A stretch of 64,000 nt of DNA, from contig NW_025767119.1 of the NCBI RefSeq assembly GCF_003918875.1, positions 806,001 through 870,000 of the forward strand. Reading direction: 5' to 3'. Positions within the stretch are counted from its first letter, which is position 1. The number at the start of each line of letters is the position of its first letter. The notes beneath the pieces are model-generated. The model did no database searches. It was not told the DNA's origin and worked only from the letters and a program-made list of their open reading frames with translations. Both the position numbers and the translations under genes were made by a program. The stretch is from Haliotis rubra (Eukaryota). This document shows positions 27,293-38,630 of this stretch, piece by piece.

Positions 27293-29194
27293 TCCTCCGC
27301 ATGTGGACAAGAGCTGCCCACAGCTCTGAATAAGTAAACATGAGTACATGGAGGCGATGTGTATAAAGACAACCAAATCTACACGCGAAGCAATACAGGA
27401 CCACAGAACTCGACTTGGATATGAGGAGAATTTTGAGAGAAATCTGGACAAAACGCGAAACTGGCAAACATGTCCAAGGTACACTAACTTACGTTAATGG
27501 GAAGAAAATGGCTCCTATGTTACTTCGTAATACCACAAAGCATGAACACAACAAAACACAATACAATACAATACAATCCTATTCCGTTAAAGTTCATAAA
27601 GGTAATAAAGACGATTAAATGTCACTTCGTATGACCATATCTGGTCTGATCATTCACTAAATTCACTTGTCATCGGTCCCCAAACGAATTCACTGGCACT
27701 GTCTTGGGCAGGAAAAGTTTCAGCATGAGCTCTCCGGGATTTTGTACCGAACTCCACAACGAAATGTCAGATGGAACACACAGCGAAGAGTTAGTGATGT
27801 AGCACACAGCCTGGCAAGATCTCATATGATGATCTTGGGATGGAGCCTCGTGGGAAGTTGAAAAATGTTCGCACCCAAGTAGACTGGTAGACGTCGTTTA
27901 TGTTGCGAACAACCGACCGTGTCGAACGATGGTGTCAGAAGAAGGTGTACAAGGCGATGATAGAAACCCTCTGTCTTATGGCGTGTGGCGTGTGGATCGA
28001 CTGTGCCTGGCGTATAGTGGTTGTCACCACGTGTGGAGTCAGATGATTGATGGTGGAGGGGAACCGACGATAGTGGAGGAAGTGCTTGACTTCCGTCCTA
28101 ACAGAACGTGAGCCGGAGATGGAGTTGCAACACTTGAAAAACAGTGTTAAGCCACAACCAACATATTTGTAACCGGAAGTGAATGGAAAGAGTATAGTGA
28201 AATATGGATATATATATCAACATGGAATACAACGATCTTTTCTGGACAGAAGGCCATGGAGGTAAAAGATCAAACTACAATACGCTTATTAAGACAAACC
28301 ACGATACTGACGTAGCCTACTAATACGAATTGAATTCCAGTAATCCAGTTCCTACTGGTCATATTCATAATATGGAAAAGACATAAAGAGATACAAGATC
28401 GCAGTCATAGAAAGTATGGACGTAATCTATAATCGTCGATATGACTATGAACAATTAAGGTTCAACATTCAAGAAATGCTTTGTGGTGTAAAAGACGACA
28501 ACGAGCAACATAAATAAATATGTGAGGGATTGAGGGAATACATTGAAACACTGATGAAACTTGACTCTATCAAGTAATATTAAGGAGAAGCAACTGGAGA
28601 ATAATGTATAGTATGTAACTACCGGCTACCCATAATATGTGAGATACACAGTCCGAATACAATTAGTATCTCTATGGCAATGTTTATATGTTACAATATT
28701 GTTGTAAGAATGAGTATTACTATATGACTGAATATGCCTCTGATGACTAGGTAGTTAGAATAGAGACAAGAACCAGAATGTATTTCATATGAAAACAGAA
28801 CTTAATATGACTTTAAAACTTGGGGTATTTATCGGATACCATTACCTATGAAATTCTAAACCATTGTATAATCTCAAGTGTTCAATGTACCGTACTGACA
28901 AGTGTTAGTTGCTTGTTGCACTTGATCACAGTATGAAAAATAACGTATAAAAATATTAACTAGGACAAATATAATGTCGCATTTGTCTACATCATACCAG
29001 ATGGCAAAGACTCCGAGGCTAAGGTAGCTTTAATATGATGGACAGGATGCTGTCTGCCATATGGATTATGTCAAAGGTAACGAGAAAGCTGCCCCACACT
29101 GTTAGAGGCCTATCAATTATATTGTCTAGTGGGAAGAAAAGCTTTTAAACCACTGATATAAATCTTTACAAAAATATGTAGACTGTGATGGGTG

Positions 29195-30965
29195 GGAATT
29201 TGCAAAGAAGAAAAATCAAAATGTAAGTATTAAGAATGGAATTCCGGTTGAATATGAAAATCAGTGAGAGGATTTCCGGCTGACAATGTCAAGTCTCGGG
29301 AAATTAGAATAGTGAGACCATCATCTCAATTATGAAACATTATAAGCTCTTTCATACACTGGGAAGTAAGATGCAAATCAGCGTGAAATTTCTTGTCCTT
29401 TTTTGGATGGTCACGTTATTATCAAGTCATAATTGTGTAATTTTTAAAAGCATAATTTTCAAAGGTAAGTTATATTAGTTTTGGAAAGCTTAAAAAAAAT
29501 CCAATATGAGTAAAAAGTTAATTGGTTATAATTTTGAAGTTGTGTTTTCAGACAATTATAAATGCTAATGTCCATATCGAATTCATCAAGTTTCAACGCA
29601 AAATGGCAAGGAATTTTAAATATACAAATCTGACAAGCTGGACGCTTCTCAATACGACAATTGCAAGTTAATATAATAATTTTATGCAATTGAAAATACT
29701 AAGGCCTGGTTCGATTTCAAGAGCCATCGATCGCAGTCCATTCAATCTAAATTTCATATCACACAAGGATTTTATTTCTTGTGTGTTTTGAGTAAACAAA
29801 GCAAGTGCGCATGTAAGAGACGTTTTACGTTTCGGACTGTGGAAAATTGGACAGTGTTTTTCATGTTCACAATAGCACGTTTGAAACTCCTTTGAAGAGA
29901 ATTCAATATACTGGTCTTTCGCTTCCGAAATGGCTAAGAAATCCGGCAAATTCATAACCTGAGTGACATGCGTACTTGATTGATTAATAGGTAAGCCGAA
30001 TGAGCTAATTCGATATACATGTTCATCGATGAGAGTGGAATGAGTTTGAATAGGAACAATATGCGAAATTAAAATTGACTCTCCAGTCCGAGAACAATGA
30101 ACAGCGTTAACTATACATGTAATTATAACTTGGAATTAATGAGCAACGTGAAACAACGGATATTGCACATTAAGACGTTTCTGAATCATGTTAAAGCATT
30201 CTTTACTTCCTTAACTGGGAACAAAGATGGACTCAAATGGTGATGACTTAACTGCTTAATTACCAAATACATTTACATTTCTTGTCGAATAGTTGTTAAG
30301 AATGTAGGGCGATCTAACAAAATTGTCATAGAAATGAACATACTTTCTTCACATCTTGTGTGTGTCCAGCAAATTCCTTAATGTGTCTATAGGAGCTGAT
30401 GAAATACAAGCATTTGTTTTAGACATGTACATGTCTGTCGACATCTGACAAACTTTAAAAAAAACACGAAAAATATTAGTTACATACTACTATAATTGTC
30501 TCATAAACTGCACCAGTCGTTCTGAATATTCGACTCTAGCAGTGCCAAAAGGTGAACGACCAATTGATCCAATAATTGAAAGAATTTCTCGTTTTGTAGG
30601 AGAATCCGTATATAGAACATGAATGTACAGAATTAATATTCCAGTGTCATTAGCTACCACTGTTCAGTAGGCGGGGAACTTTTCTTCCGCCTGTTTTATG
30701 CAACCATCTATTAACATCGACTGAATAACCATTGTAATGAGGTAATGAGGACGTACCAAACGTTTTGGTAATGTGTCCTATCGCGCATTCTGGATAAATC
30801 TGTCATTTTTGTATTGGAATACATGCATTCATTTGTTTTGAAAGATGTCAAAATTGAATAATTTCGTATACACAAAAAATATATTTTATTCTGAATGCAA
30901 ACAATCGCCATACTGATCGAAGGAGACTCCCGAATGCTAAAATATAAAGAATGGGATTATGAACA
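29195..30965 (-). pseudogene. env-like class I fusion glycoprotein (baculovirus F / errantivirus type), decayed
   Basis: Hydrophobic N-terminus near 30960. Cleavage site and fusion-peptide-like SPTKR/EILSIIGSIGRSPFGTA at ~30538-30606. Cys-rich LPDFLAISEAKDQYIEFSSKEFQTC..C..TCALALF..IKSLC (29668-29955) and CQICIFKIPC (29459-29689). TM-like EILSLIFIF..TYILIFLLC at ~29200-29278. Confidence 0.72.
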
Positions 30966-30999
30966 TAAATATAAACTTGAAAATAAGTAATATATATCT

Positions 31000-32650
31000 C
31001 ATCAACATTTCGTACGAAAGGTTTCCATGCATTCTGAAACCGAGCAATGGTGAAAATTCATTCATCTCGAAACGTTTCCTGTAAATAGAAATTGATTGGA
31101 TCTGAAATATATGTTACCAATTGTCACAAGTAGATAATGGTAATCTCACACAAGTAACCGTGCGAATAAGCAGCATACATCAATAGTAGTAAATTCAGAT
31201 CAACCTCTTTCATCAGAAGATTTCTCATCACGGAACATATTTGTATCGGTACGATATAACCATTGAACACTGAATTCTCTTGACTGCCTTTCGAGTCATG
31301 TACTTGTAGTTCATTGCACATCATAGTATCTCATCGAACATCATCGTGTTTGTAAGTATATTGTATCATCACGTGACGCACTATCGTCAGATCTCTTTGG
31401 ATCGTAGTTCATTTCTTTGTCTCGTATATACACGCATAGCGAAACGCTTTGTAATGGTCCGCGAAATATGTACAACGTCCCTTTTGGACAGCGCGACCTG
31501 TAACCTTCCCGTAGAAGTAATAGGAATATATGCAACCTGACCTAAACATTGTGGTCAGTAACTCGGGAATGAATTCATCAAGTAGTAGTATGCAACGTGA
31601 CCCAAACCTTCGCAGCGTTTGGTCACTAACCCGTGTATATGAATGTATTTTTCAATATCAACCAACACATGACTGTATGCAGTCGAAGTATTCTGAATAT
31701 ACACAACTGGACATTTGACAATAAACAATACACATATCAACATCTATGCACGATTCTACATCCTTGTAACCATGTGAAGATTGAATCATGTAACATTGTA
31801 AAGAATGATCTATAGCATGTACCGATATGAGCTGTGCTCCATGCATATAGTATCAACTAGTTCCTGAAATAAAACACATGCAAAAATCAATATTAGAGGG
31901 GCGCTCTCCAACTCGATATTGCAGTGCGTAAACTGAAAAGGAAACTAAGAATAACAATTTGTCTGAAACAATATAATTCTAACGCTATAATTTCTTATTA
32001 AACGACTTCAATATCATGTAATCATAGATCTCCTTCAGGGAATTTGTATTCATGTTCATCTGTAACCTCATATACAGTTCAGGTCTCCAAATGAATCCTG
32101 TAGAATTTCTTTCCACTGAATATTCTACGCGCTCTAATGCATTTTGCTATACAAAACATTCTTGTAAATCCAAGGTAACATGTTATGCCTGTTCGTGGTT
32201 AATCTTTGAGCATTGGGGCTCATCAAATCCGTATCCTTATCATATTTCAGTAGTTTATGAATGTAATTGGACCGACCGACAACTGGAAATGGGTTAGTTG
32301 GCCTATGTTTGTGGCTGACAACCATTTTATGCCGTTTAGCGTGGCCAGGAACTTTCAGTCCTGTACGCTTGTCATAACGTCGTCGTTTGCACGTACGATG
32401 TGTCAATTGCTTGGAGACGTCATATTGCCGTTAAGCTTCGGAGTAATCTCCTGTGGGGACAGAGCTTACTCAAAGTGAGCTATCATCATACAAATCTGAT
32501 GATATATCTGTTGCAATTGGAATCGATATCTTGTCGTAGTTATCCGACTGGGGGAGACCATTGTCTGAATTTGCTGCGCACGGAAAACATGACAGAATAT
32601 CTACTGTATGCAGATGTTTTCCTGGTCGATATTGAACTGTGAAACCTTGG
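31000..32650 (-). pseudogene. Vestigial pol remainder (RNase H C-terminal tail, heavily decayed integrase)
   Basis: FTVQYRPGKHLHTVDILS resembles the end of gypsy RNase H. LSFLFSLRTA at ~31920-31950 and LYIFRGPL at ~31450-31480 resemble the integrase-core end and the GPY/F motif. Confidence 0.5.
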
Positions 32651-32799
32651 CAATGTTCCTTATTTGATAGGGGAGCAATTGTGACATTTTGCCGCGAGCG
32701 AGCAGGAATGTGTTCTGACTTCGTGGGGATTGATTGTTTACCAGCAACAGGTGGTAATAAAGTACCACTCCCCCTCATTGGAACAACTGTTGAACCATT

Positions 32800-33130
32800 T
32801 TGAATAGCCAAAGTATAAGATTGAAAATTCATCACAGCATTTTGACGTATCAAGAAATCTTAGCCTAAAATCACGGGAGACTCAAAATTTGCAACAACTA
32901 GAAAACATTATTCTGTTTGAAAATCACCAATAGTGATGGGAAGTACAACTTGTCCTAATACTGGCATTATATTTTGATTTGTCCCTTGAATAGATGGCAC
33001 ATCTGACTTTTGAATAGGGATTTCTTTCCATAAGCCTGAATCATTGAAAACTTCTAGGCTTAAAACACTAGAACCAGCGCCTGAATCTACAACTGATGAA
33101 ACTTTTCTCTCAAAACAACATGAATTCTTA
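32800..33130 (-). pseudogene. Retropepsin (aspartic protease) of the LTR element
   Basis: VSSVVDSGAGSSVL at ~33060-33103 and VILG*DFL at ~32850-32880. Confidence 0.8.
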
Positions 33131-33279
33131 GCCTTTTGTCACTTTTAGATGTAGATTTAGGCTGGTTGTAACAAGGAGAATTACAAATTTGTGACTTCAA
33201 ATAAGTATGGTCAAAAGATTGTTCAGCACAGTGGGAAAATTTCCTGCGTGGTCTTGACTGTAATTGCTATCTGCCAGTT

Positions 33280-34510
33280 GGGATACTTGACTGATACCTA
33301 GCCCTGCATACTCTTTGTAAATGTCCAATCTTTTGACAGAAATGGCACTGAACATTCCGTGCGGGACACCTATCAGAATGAGAAAAATCATACTCACCTC
33401 CACAGCGATAACACTGGCGTGCCCTTGACATGGTCCTTCCTGGGGTGTAGTCTGGCCTAGTAGACTGGGGTGGACGTCGCTGCTGGTTCTGTTGGTCCGG
33501 ATACGACTGTTGCTGAAACTGAGGTTGTGGCGGCTGCCACGGACGAGCTGTTTGCCTAGAAGTGCGTCAGGGGAATTGAGAACGTTGATTCTGGCGATAC
33601 TGAAAAGTACTGACCGGTAATGTTGGTTGAGTTAGTTTCCTCGCGAGCGAAGCAATTTGCTCTTTCTGAGTATCGATTGCCAGCGTCATAGTCGTACTTT
33701 CTGCAGACTGTGGAATAACTGACCTCGCCAATCGTGCACATGAAACTGCCTCCTTAAGCACCTGTGGCTGTTTCATTAAAACATGTCTCCTAGTATTGTC
33801 ATCTAATCCCCGAACAAAAGCGTCCATTAAATGTGTGTCAGATTTTCCTAACAAACTAGCCGTTTCCGTCAAGTCCGCCAATTAGGTATCTATAGCTTCC
33901 TTAGGGGACTCACAAAAGTTTCCAACGGTCAGTAGGATGGACATACTTGTCCTTGAACAATGTCTCAATCTCATCAAAACGAACAATTTCTTCCTCTGCC
34001 TCTATTAAATCTTTGTACCATAGATACGCTGCGTCCTTTAAAACAAGTGGGAAAACTTCAATTTCTGCGAATTAATTCACCTTTTCAAGTTACTAAAATA
34101 AAGGAAACGGTCAAGCCACTCGGCTCGGCAGCATGAGACGTGTCCCTACCTGTGAAATGTTCTGGCATTAAAGTGGAATCGCCCATATTGAAGTAAGGGG
34201 CAGAATAGGAACTATTGGTAGATGACAAATCTAAAGAGGAAAATGAGAATTCTAAATCTTCCTGAGAAAGAGATAGAGAGAGGTCATAGGGAGCAGATGG
34301 AGGGTGAGCCGTTGACGTGGGTTGTTGTATGATGCCAAGTCGGGTTGGATTAGTAAAAATGTTAGAAGTGATGGGACGAGATTGGACCGGACTGTCATAG
34401 GACGTGGATGAATCTGAATCATTTCCACGAGGCATTACAAAAATTCCAAATATCCGGAGGGAAAACCGCAGATAACATATCCCAGCCGCGAAAAGGGAAC
34501 CTACCGTCAA
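33280..34510 (-). pseudogene. gag of the LTR element, disrupted
   Basis: LMPEHFTG, FVRGLDDNTRRHVLMKQPQVLKEAVSCAR, a Q/P-rich linker, and zinc knuckles CYRCG..H..RC and CHFCQKIGHLQRVC at ~33300-33420. Confidence 0.8.
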
Positions 34511-34594
34511 ACGTCAATGAAGGGAACAAAGGGTAGGAACGACCATAAGGAAAACAACGAAAGGATCATCGTCTTAAACATTTTGTTCAAGAAG

Positions 34595-34612
34595 AACCCG
34601 CAATCTCCACCA
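34595..34612 (-). promoter_or_regulatory. Primer-binding site, tRNA-Ala-like
   Basis: The minus strand reads TGGTGGAGATTGCGGGTT immediately 3' of the 5' LTR. TGGTGGAG is complementary to the ...CTCCACCA end of tRNA-Ala. Confidence 0.7.
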
Positions 34613-35314
34613 TGTCGTAACTGGGATTTGGGTGTTAGTAAACCCTACCCCAGTTACCTATTAATTATGGTCGTTCCACATTGTCAGGCGTGATGTATGC
34701 TCAAGTTACACGCTCGCTTGGTCCATGGGGATGTTAAGTCCAGGAGTGAGAGGTCAGACGACTGTAACTCCTCAATGAACACATTTCATTCATGTGCTGG
34801 CACTCTGGCATACAATGAATAACTCAACACCAGGTTTTATACTCATATAGATTTACTCGATCCCTCTCTTCATTGCAAGGTGCCTGGTCTGGACAGGATG
34901 GGGCAATCTCTTCACCAGATATGGATATCGATCGCGATGCGAACGTTCTGCTGACTTTGTTACCCGCACCACTTTCTAGTGCTGACGGTATCTTTTTAAG
35001 GTGTTCGAGCCTGCTCCACCCTTGTCACATGACCCTATACAATCCCTCTGATTTGTTAAAAATTACATCATTCCATGGTCTCATGTCTTGCCTCGTGATC
35101 GGAAATTACTAAAACCTCTCATCTATGATTCATTGTTCATTAATACCTAAAAGAACTTTCCTGTTCTGTCAATAAGATTTATCCTGTTGTTTGATCCCTT
35201 ACTTTATTACTAAGCCGTAATAGCATTGCTTTTCTGATGCAATCACCGTAATCCTCACTAACGAATTTGTGATACGTTTCTTGTATCACAGATGCCTTTT
35301 TTAACCTTATAACA
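34613..35314 (-). repeat. 5' LTR (702 bp)
   Basis: Direct repeat of 26601-27292, adjacent to the PBS. Confidence 0.95.
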
Positions 35315-35710
35315 ATAGCTTGCTTAAACGGCTTAGTCTTTTTCTTCATACAATCTGCTGAATCTAATATAACATGGACAAACTCATCTAAAGCTCCGTT
35401 TAGATCAGGCTCAAGTTTTGATAAGAGACAGTCATCATAAAATAAAATCTTACTTTCGCAAGAGGCGTCGTTCCAAACAATCTTTTCTTTATAATCATCA
35501 ATATGGATTTTATCACTTGAGTTGTTTATATTTGGAAATTGACAAGTCATTTCTAACGGTCTCGGTCTACCGGTCTCCAATATTCAACAGGTTAACAAAT
35601 TGGAAGAAGTCTGGTGAACCAATAAAATAGTCATTGACACTTGATCCCTGTTGGCCATGAAATGTATATTCGCCTTGCAGGTCTCCATACACTCTACCGT
35701 TCGCTATGAA
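35315..35710 (-). mobile_element. Upstream half of the second LINE (end of endonuclease domain)
   Basis: NGRVYGDLQGEYTFHGQQGSSVNDYFIGS; colinear with 25282-26600 once the LTR element is removed. Confidence 0.8.
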
Positions 35711-36515
35711 CACATTCCCCTTCATGGACCCAGCCCTACATCCAGGTCTATATGTCCTATATATTCCCACACCTTCCCATTTGATCTACCCAGCACTACA
35801 ACCACGTATAAATGTCCCATGTAGACCCACACCTTCCCCTTGATCGACCCATCGCTACACCCATCTCTGTATGTCCAATGTATTACTACACCTTCCTCTT
35901 GATCGACCCAGGCCTACACCCAGGTCTATATGTCCCATATTGTCCTACACCTTCCCCTTGATCGACCCAGATTTACACCCAGGCCTATATGACCCATATA
36001 GTCCCACACCTTCCCCTTGATCGACGCAGCCCTACACCAAGGTGTATATGTCCCATGAAGTCCTGCACCTTCCCCTTGATCGACCTACCCTTACACCAAG
36101 GGGTATACGTCCCATGTAGTCCTACACCTTCCCATTGATCGACCCAGCCCTACAACCAGGTCTATATGTCCCATGTAGTCCTACACCTTCCCCTTGATCG
36201 ACCCAGCCCTACACCCAGGTCTGTATGTCCAATGTAGTCCTGCACCTTCCCCTTGAACGACCCAGCCCTACACCCAGGTCTATATGTCACATGTAGTCCT
36301 ACAACTTCCCCTTAATCGACGCAGCCCTACACCAAGGTGTATATGTCCCATGAAGTCCTGCACCTTCCCCTTGATCGACCCACCCCTACACCTAGGTGTA
36401 TATGTCCCATGCAGTCCTACCCCTTCCCCTTGGTCGACCCACCCCTACACCCAGGTATATATGTCCCATGTAGTCCTACACCTTCCCCTTGATCCACACA
36501 GTCCCTACACCCAGG
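35711..36515. repeat. 59-bp satellite block 3 (two to three further degenerate monomers at 37186-37328)
   Basis: Same consensus; the 59-bp period is readable at 36121/36180. Confidence 0.95.
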
Positions 36516-37042
36516 CCAGTCTATCCCAAGTATTATAGCTAAAATACATGGAATTATCACGAAACGGCCCTCCCATTATCAGACATTTGCGGTCCGCTGC
36601 AAATGATATTGGACCACTCAACCTTAACGACGGGCCACTATCAGTTCTGTTGTCAAGTGACGTCATAGTTCGACATTAATTGGCTTTCGACTGGCAGATA
36701 TTCTGGGTCAAACAAGTCAAAGCAACCCAAATTCCCGCTTTAAATAGCGGTAATATTGGCTTTCTTGTTGGTGCTAACCTTAACAATTGCACTATTAAGA
36801 CTGTTGATGGACCAAAACCGAACACTGCCATAGTTTGACATGTTGCAGGCTATGGTCTTGTCAAAGGACAAGGTCGAATATCGTCACTTTCTGTTGTGAC
36901 GTCACTTTCGAATTGTTCGATGACGCAATTGCATTCGGGCAGTCAATCCTGTCAGAAGTTGATTTGGGTAAACTTACGGTCAAATTCCTTCATTGTTTCC
37001 TTTTCTTTTCAACACAATTCCGTGTATTTAGTTAATATTAAC

Positions 37043-37175
37043 GGTAATGTTATTTTTGAGGGCATTATCATTTGCAGAAGCCCTCGGTCTTTTTCAACTG
37101 CCCTCCTTCGTCCGGGCAGTTAATGGAAAACCTCAGGCTTCTGCAAATGATAATGCCCTCAAAAATAGCATTACC
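37043..37175. repeat. 133-bp near-perfect palindrome
   Basis: 40-bp arms at 37043-37082 and 37136-37175 with one mismatch, plus an inner stem AACTGCCC/GGGCAGTT. Confidence 0.9.
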
Positions 37176-37380
37176 CTTATAGTACTGATCCACACAGTCC
37201 CCATACCAAGGGTAACATGTCCCGTGTAGTACTACACATACCTCTTGATCGGCACAGTCCCTACAGCCAGGTCTACATGTCTCATATTGTTCCTCATATA
37301 CCTTGATCCACCTAGGACCAACACCCATATTATCACCTAACCAATGTTATTACAAATTAAAAAACACACACTCTCGTAAC

Positions 37381-38630
37381 ACCTTTAAGTCTACATAGCC
37401 ATTACAACCTTGTGTAAAACTCAAAAATAGATCAACATAAACCTTTAAATCTGCATAGCCATTACAACCTGGTGTAAAACTCCAACATAGACACACATAA
37501 ACCTTTAAATCTACATAGCCATTACAACCTGGTTTTACGGTTAAATAATTGCCGTGACAAAAGGTTTAAGAATCCCCTTTGAACCAGCAAAATGTAACAC
37601 AGACAAGTCTAAAATAGTCAAAAATATATTGAGCAAACAATGAGCAAACTACAATGAATCACAATACAGATTTCTAATACAATTCAATTGAGTCACAAAT
37701 CTAAAGTTATGGGCCGCATATATAAAATATTAACTCACCAGAGTCTTGGTAATCACAGTGAGATCAGATATTGTAAATGGAGCTTGTTTACAAATGAAAG
37801 CAGTCAGGCACGAAGTGTCAGGGTCAGACGATGATGTGACCAAGGCAAACAACTATGGGCAACTCCAGTAAAAGATCCATGTAATTCCGTATGTTAGTCC
37901 GTGTGTCAGTCTTTTGTGTCGCACCACACAACAGACAGCCTTTACATGTACTGACACAGATTCTCGAACTTTCCAGCAAAGCATGGCTGTATCATTAAAC
38001 ACTTAGATCTTTCTCGAAACATGTTGAACATACGACACGGCGATGTCAACACACAAACATCCGGTCAAGGGAGGTAACTCTGGAGCGCTATCATAAAGGA
38101 GTGGCGCTAAGATATTGTTGCCACTGAACATATACGACTCGAAATGTGACCCACAACCAACACTCAAAACTTTAAACATTGTGCCTCATAATTATTATCA
38201 CCTAACCAATGTTATTACAAATTAAGAAAAAACACTCTCGTAACACTGGTGTAAAACTCAAGTAAAGACCCACATAAACCTTTAAATCTACATAGCCATT
38301 ACAACCTGGTATAAAACGCAAACATAGACCCCGATAAACCTTTAAATCTACTTAGCCCTTACAACCTGGAGTAAAACTCCAACATAGTCCCACATAAACC
38401 TTTAAATCTACATTGCCATTACTACCTGGTGTAAAACTCCAAAATAGACCCACATAAACCTTTAAATCCACATAGACATTACAACCTGGTGTAAAATCCA
38501 ATATAGTCCCACATAAACCTTTAAACCTACATAGCCATTACAACCTGGTGTAAAACTCCAATATAGACCAACATAAACCTTTAAATCTACATAGCCATTA
38601 CAATCTGGTATAAAATTTAGACCCACATGT
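37381..38630. repeat. 60-bp A-rich minisatellite in two blocks (37381-37532, 38247-38630)
   Basis: Unit ACCTTTAAATCTACATAGCCATTACAACCTGGTGTAAAACTCCAACATAGACCCACATAA. Each block is preceded by the same ~55-bp leader (37329, 38192). Confidence 0.9.

Larger units (their letters stand above)
26601..35314 (-). mobile_element. Ty3/gypsy LTR retrotransposon, non-autonomous (RT/RNase H deleted), with env-like remnant
   Basis: Two ~0.7-kb TG..CA direct repeats; TSD ATAG at 26597-26600 and 35315-35318; PBS; gag CCHC; protease DSGA; decayed integrase and env. Confidence 0.92.

Noticed and set aside
31010-31120. Tudor-like motif VTYISDPINFYLQ in the LTR element
   Set aside because: Too short and interrupted by a stop; its position after the GPY/F-like motif fits a decayed integrase tail or chance equally well.
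35179-35580. 133-aa ORF as a standalone gene
   Set aside because: It is a chimera of LINE ORF2 reading through into the 5' LTR at 35314.
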